Source: Roseiarcus sp. (GTDB lineage Bacteria; Pseudomonadota; Alphaproteobacteria; Rhizobiales; Beijerinckiaceae). Taken from it: DNA of 59,440 nt. The position numbers and the translations under genes were made by a program. Below the pieces are notes generated by a model. The model saw only the letters and a program-made list of their open reading frames with translations, made no database searches and was not told where the DNA came from. Position 1 is the stretch's first letter, and each line of letters opens with the position of its first letter. The DNA is taken from assembly GCA_036502965.1 (NCBI GenBank), contig DASXXT010000098.1, forward strand, positions 1 to 59,440, in the 5' to 3' direction. This document shows positions 51,746 to 59,440 of the stretch, one piece after another.

Positions 51746-54700
51746 ATGCCGGGGATTAGAGAGTGGCTGAATTCGCACGGTTTCTCTGAGTATGCGGATC
51801 GCTTTGCCGACAATCGGATTGATCTTTTCGTCCTACCGGACCTTACGGATGATGATCTTAAGGAACTTGGCGTACTACTGGGGGATCGTCGGCGAATTCT
51901 GCGTTTAATTGCCGAGCTCGCCCCCGAGCCGCAAGCCCCCGCTATGCCCGGGTCGCGCCCACTTGAAGGGGCGGAGCGGCGCCAAGTCACGGTGATGTTC
52001 GCTGATCTGGTCGGGTCGACGGCGCTCTCCACCGGCATGGACCCGGAGGATCTGCGAGACGTCTTTGCCGCCTATTCGAGCTGCGCCGAAGAAACGGTGA
52101 CCAAGTTCGGTGGAAACGTCGCCCAATACATGGGGGATGGCATCCTGGAGTACTTTGGCTATCCGCACGCTCACGAAGACGACGCCGAGCAAGCCGTGAG
52201 GGCTGGGCTTGAACTCATCGCGGCGGTCGCCGGACTAAAGACACGCGTTCCCCAGCAGCTCAGAGTCGGCATCGCGACAGGAGTGGTCGTGGTAGGCAAT
52301 CTGACCCCGAGCATCGTCGGCGAGACCCCGAACCTTGCGGCGCGCCTCCAGAGCATCGCCAAGCCCAACATGGTTGTTATCAGCGAAGGCACCCGGCGGC
52401 TTCTTGGGCATCTCTTCGAGCTCGAGGACCTAGGAACGCAGGACTTGAAGGGTATTTCAGCGCCGGTGCAGGTCTGGGCGGTCCTTCGGCCAAGTTCCTC
52501 GACGAGTCGCTTCGAGGCGCTGCACCCGACCGGGATGACGACCCTCGTCGGCCGCGAAGAGGAATACGAATTGCTGCGGCGCCGGTGGTCGAAGGCAAAG
52601 GAAGGAGAAGGCCAGGTCGTGCTTCTGTCCGGCGAGGCCGGTATCGGAAAATCACATCTCACGGTCGCATTTACCGAACGTCTCAAGGACGAGCGTTTTC
52701 TCCGCATCCGTTGTTTCTGCTCTCCGCAGCACACCAACAGCGCGCTCTATCCTATCATCGACCATGTAGAACGCTCCGCTGGTTTTGCGCGTGACGATTC
52801 GCTGCAAACGAAACTCGACAAACTCGATGTCGTCCTCCGACAGTCTTGGTCCTCAGCCGAGGACTGCGCGCTCTTCGTCGAGATGCTGTCGCTGCCCAAC
52901 GATGGGCGCTATCCCGCGGTCGAGCTCGCGCCTCGGCAGCGCCGTCTAGCAACGATGGACGCGCTTGTCAGGCAAGTGGAAATTCTGTCCAGCTCGGGCC
53001 CGCTGCTCGTGATCTTTGAGGATGCACACTGGGCCGACCCTACGAGCCTGGAGTTGATGGGTCGGCTAGCGAGCCATATTGCGAGCCATCGCGTGCTACT
53101 GGTCATTTCCTTCCGGCCCGAATTCGAGTCGCCCTGGATTGAGCAGGCGCACGTGACCGCCCTCGCCCTCAGCCGGCTTGCGCCTCGCGACGTCGACGTC
53201 ATGATTGATCACATCGTCGGCAACAATCCGCTGCCTGCCGCCGTCCGCCAAGACATAATCGAACGAACGGACGGGATTCCGCTGTTCGTGGAAGAGATGA
53301 CGAAAGCCGTGCTCGAGACGACCTCCGAGGACGCGGCGCGGCGGATCGCCGCCTCGGTTCCCTCTCCGGCGATGGCTGTGCCGGCAAGCCTGCACGCGTC
53401 GTTGATGGCGCGGCTCGACCGCCTCGGCGGTTCCAAAGAACTTGCCCAGATCGGAGCTGCTATCGGCCGCGAATTCTCGCATGAACTCCTGCTTGTAGTG
53501 GCTTGCAGGCCAGAGGCGAAGCTGGAAATGCAGCTCGACCGGCTTATTCGGGCCGGGTTGCTGTTCCGCCAGGGCGTGCCGCCCGATGCAACCTATTTTT
53601 TCAAACACGCCCTCGTGCAGGATGCGGCTTATAGCCTGCTGCTACGCGAGCCGAGACGTCACCTTCATGCTCGAATCGCCGAAACCCTGGAGAGCAAGTT
53701 CAGCGAGATCGCCGAGAACAAGCCCGAGTTGATGGCCCGTCATTGCGCGGAGGCGGGCGATATCGAAAAAGCTGCGGCGCTTTGGGGGAAGGCCGGGCAG
53801 CGATCGGCGGAGAGGTCGGCTTTGGTTGAAGCCGCACAACAGCTCAGATGCGCGCTCGACCTGATCGCGACCTTGCCAGGCACGCCCGCGCTGCGCCGCG
53901 AGGAGATCAAGCTTCAGGTCGAGCTCATCACTCCGCTCCTCCATGTGCGCGGCTACGCGGCGCCCGAAACCAGAGCCGCCGTGGATCGGGCGCGTCTTCT
54001 TATGGAACAAGCTGAAGAGATCGGAGAGCCCCCGGAAGATCCCCTGTTGTTGTTCTCCGTTCTTTACGGCCTGTGGGTCGCGAGCCTTGTCGGCTTCAAT
54101 GGGGAAGTGACGCGAGAACTTGCCGTCCAGTTTTTGGCGCTGGCCGAGGCGCAGAGCGCGACCGGGCCGCTCATGATGGCGCATCGCCAAATGGGTTTGT
54201 CCCTCCTCCATACCGGGGACATCGCAGACGGACGAGCCCATCTCGATCGCGCGATTGCGTTTTACGATCCGGCCGAACATCGTCATCTGGCGACGCGTTT
54301 CGGGCAAGACGTTGGCGCTTCGACCTTGGCGTGGAGGTCGCTGGCTTTGTTACTGCTCGGCTATCCCGAAGCCGCGCTTGCGGACACCGGGCAGGCGCTC
54401 AAGATTGGGCGTGACAGCGCTCACGCGGCGACATTGACCTACGTGCTGAATTTCAGCGTTTTCCAGCATGTCTATTGTGGCCATTTCGCAGCGGCAAATG
54501 CGCTCATCGATGAATTCAACATATTGAAGGATCAGATCGGGTCCGTGTCTTGGGGTGGATGGGGATTGGCGTTAAGAGGTTGCGTATTGGCAGGGACGGG
54601 AAAGGCCGCGGAAGCGGTTCAAGACATCGCCTCCGGCATCGCCGCGAATCGATCAAGAGGAAACACGATGTGGACGCCCCTGTTCTTGTCATATCTGGCG

Positions 54701-55111
54701 GGCGCCAACGCAGAAATCGGTCAATTCAACGCAGCCCGGACCAACATTCGCGAAGCGATGACCGCGGTGGAGACAACCGAGGAGAACTGGTACGAAGCTG
54801 AGATCAATCGCGTCGCCGGAGAAATTGCGTTGCTGGAGACGGAACCGGATGCGGCAAAGGCGGAAGCCCATTTCGCCCGGGCGCTGGAGATTGCTCGGAG
54901 ACAGCAGGCAAAGTCTTGGGAACTCCGAGCCGCAATGAGCATGGCGCGCCTCCTGTGCGCTCAGGGCAAGCGAGACGGTGCGCGCGACATTCTGGCTCCA
55001 GTCTATGGCTGGTTCACGCAGGGCTTCGACACGCTCGACTTGCGGGAGGCGAGGCTATTGCTTGAGGAACTGGCGCAAGACCAGCCAATCAATGCGACCC
55101 TGAGCTTATGA
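51746..55111 (+). CDS. SAM + class III nucleotide cyclase + STAND (AAA_16) ATPase + TPR-like protein
   Basis: SAM (WLNSHGFSEYADRF..DLKELGV), MFADLVGST, MGDG, NLAARLQ, Walker A GEAGIGKS, Walker B FEDAHWAD, GIPLFVEE, FKHALVQD and SWELRAA. Confidence 0.92.
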   Translation: MPGIREWLNSHGFSEYADRFADNRIDLFVLPDLTDDDLKELGVLLGDRRRILRLIAELAPEPQAPAMPGSRPLEGAERRQVTVMFADLVGSTALSTGMDPEDLRDVFAAYSSCAEETVTKFGGNVAQYMGDGILEYFGYPHAHEDDAEQAVRAGLELIAAVAGLKTRVPQQLRVGIATGVVVVGNLTPSIVGETPNLAARLQSIAKPNMVVISEGTRRLLGHLFELEDLGTQDLKGISAPVQVWAVLRPSSSTSRFEALHPTGMTTLVGREEEYELLRRRWSKAKEGEGQVVLLSGEAGIGKSHLTVAFTERLKDERFLRIRCFCSPQHTNSALYPIIDHVERSAGFARDDSLQTKLDKLDVVLRQSWSSAEDCALFVEMLSLPNDGRYPAVELAPRQRRLATMDALVRQVEILSSSGPLLVIFEDAHWADPTSLELMGRLASHIASHRVLLVISFRPEFESPWIEQAHVTALALSRLAPRDVDVMIDHIVGNNPLPAAVRQDIIERTDGIPLFVEEMTKAVLETTSEDAARRIAASVPSPAMAVPASLHASLMARLDRLGGSKELAQIGAAIGREFSHELLLVVACRPEAKLEMQLDRLIRAGLLFRQGVPPDATYFFKHALVQDAAYSLLLREPRRHLHARIAETLESKFSEIAENKPELMARHCAEAGDIEKAAALWGKAGQRSAERSALVEAAQQLRCALDLIATLPGTPALRREEIKLQVELITPLLHVRGYAAPETRAAVDRARLLMEQAEEIGEPPEDPLLLFSVLYGLWVASLVGFNGEVTRELAVQFLALAEAQSATGPLMMAHRQMGLSLLHTGDIADGRAHLDRAIAFYDPAEHRHLATRFGQDVGASTLAWRSLALLLLGYPEAALADTGQALKIGRDSAHAATLTYVLNFSVFQHVYCGHFAAANALIDEFNILKDQIGSVSWGGWGLALRGCVLAGTGKAAEAVQDIASGIAANRSRGNTMWTPLFLSYLAGANAEIGQFNAARTNIREAMTAVETTEENWYEAEINRVAGEIALLETEPDAAKAEAHFARALEIARRQQAKSWELRAAMSMARLLCAQGKRDGARDILAPVYGWFTQGFDTLDLREARLLLEELAQDQPINATLSL

Positions 55112-56058
55112 GTCGACGGGCCTTCTTGAATGCGGCAGATGCCACTGGCGACCTCCAGGCGCGTGATGCCCTGCGGCTGATGCAGGTCGTCCCCGCCGCG
55201 AACGGCAACTGTGTGGTCGATTCGGCGCATCTCGTGGCGCGCGCCCTCGCTATCCTCGACCAAGACAAGATGAGCGGCGCCGCCCACTACCGGGAAGCGA
55301 ATATCGCGGGCGGACTGCCGACCCGATCGGTCGGTCTCGAACCGACCCCAGCGGCCGACCTCACGCTGCAGCGGCGCGTCCTCAGCGATGGCGCGGAGTG
55401 TTTTTTGCCGATCCGCTACTTCGACGTTCAATGCCTCGTCGCCACCTTTTTGGTCGCGCCAAATCAGGCCTCCGAGCTTCTAGTGGCAGGCCTGCAACCG
55501 GTCTTGCAGGAGGATGGAAAAGCCGTCGTCGATCTCTTTTGCATCGAGTATCGCAAGACTGATATCGGCCCTTACAATGAAGTTGGTCTGACTGTCCGGG
55601 CGAAGGCGCCGGGCGATCGGATTCCTGCCAACTATGTGGTGAACCTCCCCGTCACCACTGCGGTCGCGAACCAAGCAGGCCGGGAGATTTGGGGCTACAA
55701 CAAGTTCGTCGCGGCCATTGATGTCAACAGCAACGGCAAGGCGTTCTCCACTGCTTTGCGCGATAGCGACAATGAGACCATTTGCGCGCTTGAGGGAGAG
55801 CGAGGCGCATCGGTTCCAACGCCGGCGACCGACATACTCACCTTTACCCTGCATCAAGGTCGACTGATAAAAACGGTCATCAGAGTGCTGACGCCGTCCC
55901 TCGCCAGCAGCGGCGACAGTTTTGTGTTCAAGGTTGGGATGTCGAGGCATCCGATGACGCGCAACCTGCGGACCGTCGCGCTCGATGAAGCGCGTCCCGT
56001 TCTCATACAGTACACTGACCCGTTTCAGGCTCTCTTATTCCCTGGTCGGGCTCTCTGA
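55108..56058 (+). CDS. Acetoacetate-decarboxylase-like (ADC superfamily) protein with an N-terminal extension
   Basis: IEYRKTDIGPYNE, LPVTT and GREIWGYNK (Schiff-base Lys position); ATGA overlap with the cyclase gene. Confidence 0.82.
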   Translation: MSRRAFLNAADATGDLQARDALRLMQVVPAANGNCVVDSAHLVARALAILDQDKMSGAAHYREANIAGGLPTRSVGLEPTPAADLTLQRRVLSDGAECFLPIRYFDVQCLVATFLVAPNQASELLVAGLQPVLQEDGKAVVDLFCIEYRKTDIGPYNEVGLTVRAKAPGDRIPANYVVNLPVTTAVANQAGREIWGYNKFVAAIDVNSNGKAFSTALRDSDNETICALEGERGASVPTPATDILTFTLHQGRLIKTVIRVLTPSLASSGDSFVFKVGMSRHPMTRNLRTVALDEARPVLIQYTDPFQALLFPGRAL

Positions 56059-56146
56059 CCAGGCCGGAGTTCCTTCACTGTTTTCGCCGAAGCTGCTCGC
56101 TCTTCAACGGTGGGCCTAACATTGAGCCCTCGCATTCGCGAGGGCG

Positions 56147-56163
56147 TGCTTAAATCATAGGCG
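56147..56163 (+). promoter_or_regulatory. Possible NtrC-type enhancer site
   Basis: Degenerate 17-bp dyad TGCTTAAATCATAGGCG about 110 bp upstream of the sigma54 motif of glnK. Confidence 0.35.
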
Positions 56164-56271
56164 CCTATTCCCTGATCAGATGCCTCATCAGATCAGGCCA
56201 GGGATTTTTGATCCTCCCCTGAGCGGCGAATAGCGGTTGCTTTTCAGGCTGTTAGAGCGCCCGTCAAGACA

Positions 56272-56286
56272 TGGCACGCACTTTGT
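56272..56286 (+). promoter_or_regulatory. sigma54 (-24/-12) promoter of glnK-amtB
   Basis: TGGCAC-N5-TTGT (consensus TGGCAC-N5-TTGC) about 100 bp upstream of glnK. Confidence 0.65.
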
Positions 56287-56288
56287 AA

Positions 56289-56723
<435 letters not shown>

Positions 56724-56767
56724 GTTACGGCGCGCCGCTCCCCATTCCAGATTCGGAGTCCCGAACC

Positions 56768-58243
56768 ATGAAACTGACACGCTTATTGAGTGGCCTCGCT
56801 CCAGCGCTGGCCGCGGCCGTTTTCATCGGCCTCGCCGCGCCGGCGGCGATCGCGCAGAACAACCCCCCCGCCGCCGCGACCGAGGCGCCGGCCGCCGCCC
56901 CTGCGGCGCCAGCCGCGCCTGCTGCCGCCGCTCCGGCAGCCCCCGCCCCGCCCCCGAGCTGCTCCGCCAGCGTCCTCGAAAAATGCACCGGCAACTCCGG
57001 CGACACGGCGTGGCTTTTGACCTCGGTCGCGCTCGTTCTGATGATGACCATCCCAGGCCTGGGTCTGTTCTACGGCGGCATGGTCGGCAAGAAGAACGTC
57101 GGCGACACAGTGATGACGAGTTTCGCCATCACCGCGTTGGTCACGGTGATCTACTTCATTCTTACCTACAGTCTGGCGTTCACCGGCGGCAGCGCGTTCA
57201 TAGGCGGCTTCTCGCGCGTGTTTCTCCAGGGCATCCACTATGACCTGGCGAGCGGAGCGAACAATCCGAATCCGCTCGCGCCGACGATCCCCGAGACCGT
57301 CTACATGATGTTCCAGATGACCTTTGCGATCATCACGCCGGCGCTCATCGCGGGCTCCTTCGCCGAGCGCATGAAGTTCTCGGCGATGCTGTGGTTCATC
57401 GGGCTGTGGGCGATCTTCGTCTATGCGCCGGTCGCCCACTGGGTTTGGGGGCCGGATGGATTCATGAGCGCGGTCAACGTCGACTCCAAAGGCGCCTTCC
57501 AGGGCGCGTTCCAGGTGCTCGACTTCGCCGGCGGAACCGTCGTCCATATCAATGCGGGCGTCGCCGGCCTCATCTCGTGTCTCGTGCTCGGCAAGCGCAA
57601 GGAGCCCGGCCCGGCCCACAACATGGTGCTGACCTATATCGGCGCCGCCCTGTTGTGGGTCGGCTGGTTCGGGTTCAACGCCGGTTCGGCGGTGACCGCA
57701 GGCCTGCAGGCGGGCATGGCGATGACTGTGACGCAGATCGCGACTGCTGTCGGCGCCCTCACCTGGATGTTTGTGGAATGGGCGCATCGCGGCAAGCCGA
57801 CTGTCGTCGGCATCGCCTCCGGCGCCGTCGCCGGCCTCGTCGCCATCACTCCGGCTTCGGGCTTCGTCGGTCCGATCGGCGCGCTGGTGATCGGCATCGC
57901 CTGCGGCGTCGGCTGCTATCTCGGCGCGACGGCGCTCAAGTCCGCCTTCGGTTACGATGATGCGCTCGACGCCTTTGGAGTGCACGCGGTCGGCGGCGCC
58001 ATCGGCGCGATCCTGACCGGCGTGTTCGCGGTCAACGAATTCAGCGGCCACTCCGGCCTGCTGGAGGGAGACGTCGGACAGTTCATCAACCAGTTCAAGG
58101 GCGTCGCCACGGTCGCGGTCTACGACGCGATCGTGACTTTCATCATCCTGAAGATCGTCGACGTCGCCGTCGGCCTGCGCGTCTCGGAAGAGATTGAGCG
58201 CGACGGCCTCGACCTCGCCCTGCATGGCGAAGTCGTTCACTAA
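56768..58243 (+). CDS. amtB: Ammonium transporter AmtB
   Basis: Signal peptide plus Pro/Ala linker, FQMTFAIIT, DFAGGTVVH, WFGFNAGS and DDALDAFGVH. Confidence 0.97.
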   Translation: MKLTRLLSGLAPALAAAVFIGLAAPAAIAQNNPPAAATEAPAAAPAAPAAPAAAAPAAPAPPPSCSASVLEKCTGNSGDTAWLLTSVALVLMMTIPGLGLFYGGMVGKKNVGDTVMTSFAITALVTVIYFILTYSLAFTGGSAFIGGFSRVFLQGIHYDLASGANNPNPLAPTIPETVYMMFQMTFAIITPALIAGSFAERMKFSAMLWFIGLWAIFVYAPVAHWVWGPDGFMSAVNVDSKGAFQGAFQVLDFAGGTVVHINAGVAGLISCLVLGKRKEPGPAHNMVLTYIGAALLWVGWFGFNAGSAVTAGLQAGMAMTVTQIATAVGALTWMFVEWAHRGKPTVVGIASGAVAGLVAITPASGFVGPIGALVIGIACGVGCYLGATALKSAFGYDDALDAFGVHAVGGAIGAILTGVFAVNEFSGHSGLLEGDVGQFINQFKGVATVAVYDAIVTFIILKIVDVAVGLRVSEEIERDGLDLALHGEVVH

Positions 58244-58251
58244 AGCTGCGG

Positions 58252-58332
58252 CGCCCGGCGGCTTTTGGCCGCCGGGCGAACTTTCCTCCCCGCGGACCTT
58301 GGACGCCCCTCGGGGCGTCCATTTTTCATTTT
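58252..58332 (+). terminator. Tandem hairpins including an intrinsic terminator after amtB
   Basis: CGCCCGGCGGC/GCCGCCGGGCG (58252-58278), then GGACGCCCC/GGGGCGTCC (58301-58320) followed by ATTTTTCATTTT. Confidence 0.8.
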
Positions 58333-58553
58333 CTCACCCTCGCGTTTGTGCGGCTCCGGCGGCTACTGCCCGTTAAGGTTAGGCCTGCATTGTCAATAGC
58401 GAAATATAGACTTACTTTTCAATGACTTAATATCGGAGGCGGTGACTCTCCCAGCTCTCCGTCCATCCCACATCGACAAGGTGAAGACAGCCTATTGCGC
58501 GACGTGCGGGCTTGTGCTGTCTTGGAGGTGAGCCGCTGCTGCTCACCAAGACC

Positions 58554-58613
58554 CCAGCTGACAAAGAAAACCGACCCCTTTTCTTCGCCCGGACGACCGG
58601 GCGTGTCAGTTGG
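58554..58613 (+). ncRNA. Candidate structured RNA (perfect three-way junction)
   Basis: CCAGCTGACA/TGTCAGTTGG encloses AAGAAAA/TTTTCTT and CGCCCGG/CCGGGCG with no linker bases. Confidence 0.45.
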
Positions 58614-58816
58614 AGCTTGTTTGTGAAAGACGCAGAGCACGTCGCGCCGCACGCACTACGTCCTGATCGCGGGCTGCCATCTCCAAAACTACCTGCTCGG
58701 CGGCCGGCGCCTGGCGCTGCGCGCCTCGATCCGCCGCTACCGGGATCAGTGCCTCATCGCCCGGACGAACTTCTCGCGCGCGCCCGAGCCCTGTCTGCCG
58801 CCGCAAGTGACGCGCC

Positions 58817-59305
58817 ATGAGCTTCGCTGCGTCCGTCAGCCCTGAAGCGGCTGCGCTCATCGCCGATATCGACCTCAAGGAGGCCAACGATCCACGCGTT
58901 GTCGTGAGCCGCAAGGAGGCGATGCTGATGCTCGCCGTCAAGCAAACCAAGCTGCTCGAACTGGAAGCCGCCGGCATTCTCAGGTCGTTTTTAGACGGCG
59001 CGTCCAGGCGGATATCCGCGGCATCGATCTACGGCAGATTGCGCGCGCTGGCAGTCGCCAGCCACCCGCTCAACGCAGAGCCGGCGAAAGTGCGTCGGCC
59101 GAAGCACATGCGGCGGCGGCGGGCTTCGGCAGGCCCAGCCATGCACGCGAGGCCACACCATGACGCATGCTCGCCCGCCGCCGCCAACGAAAAAGGGCCG
59201 CTGTCCCGACGAAAGACAGCGGCCCGGCCAAAGCAGACTGCGACGACCAAACCCGATCAAGCCCGGCAGGCCAGCAAAGACCACAAGGACACAGGCAGTG
59301 AATGA
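58817..59305 (+). CDS. Excisionase-like (HTH_17/MerR-type) DNA-binding protein
   Basis: VVSRKEAMLMLAVKQTKLLELEAAGIL.SF..GASRRISAASI follows the Xis/AlpA-like pattern, with a basic disordered tail. Confidence 0.65.
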   Translation: MSFAASVSPEAAALIADIDLKEANDPRVVVSRKEAMLMLAVKQTKLLELEAAGILRSFLDGASRRISAASIYGRLRALAVASHPLNAEPAKVRRPKHMRRRRASAGPAMHARPHHDACSPAAANEKGPLSRRKTAARPKQTATTKPDQARQASKDHKDTGSE

Positions 59306-59440
59306 TCGCATTTCTATTTTGTCGCGCCCAGCCGATGACGGGCGACGGAAAGCGGCGCCACGGTTCGCCGCAAGGAACGAACCAACCGATCGGCTGACCG
59401 ATCAGCTCAGCGGGGCGGGTAGGTCAATCCGAGGCCCGCT
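59298..59440 (+). CDS. Possible partial hypothetical protein running off the window
   Basis: GTG after AAGGA overlaps the previous stop; the frame stays open to the window end. Confidence 0.3.
   Translation, partial: MNDRISILSRPADDGRRKAAPRFAARNEPTDRLTDQLSGAGRSIRGP

Overview
High-GC alphaproteobacterial (Hyphomicrobiales-like) window. (1) 1-760: edge of an integrative element, comprising the 5' part of an arm-type tyrosine integrase, a 47-bp tRNA-Asn 3' att duplicate and a frameshifted DNA-ligase remnant. (2) 0.76-4.7 kb: carnitine/betaine catabolism genes (dehydrogenase, BKACE, GlxA regulator, choline/betaine binding protein). (3) 5.4-38.8 kb: about 33 kb of co-directional minus-strand catabolic genes under a divergent GntR regulator. 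These include three ABC importers, three sugar-isomerase TIM barrels, a Gfo/Idh/MocA dehydrogenase, two amidohydrolases and two copies of the poorly understood Tm-1-like (UPF0261) + PEP-hydrolase-like TIM-barrel pair. One Tm-1-like copy is fused to an ABC ATPase, and the pairs flank a flotillin and two SRPBCC genes. (4) 40.6-45.6 kb: Liv-type ABC importer. (5) 46.2-56.1 kb, the top candidate for a new system: a Family 1 (Linocin-M18-like) encapsulin shell with no canonical cargo gene, clustered with a DUF3237 protein, a small beta-rich protein, a flavin desaturase-like/polyprenyl synthase fusion, a SAM-cyclase-STAND-TPR protein and an acetoacetate-decarboxylase-like protein. (6) glnK-amtB with a sigma54-like promoter, followed by a perfect three-way-junction RNA candidate and an excisionase-like gene, probably the start of another mobile element. 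All calls come from reading motifs by eye; no searches were run.
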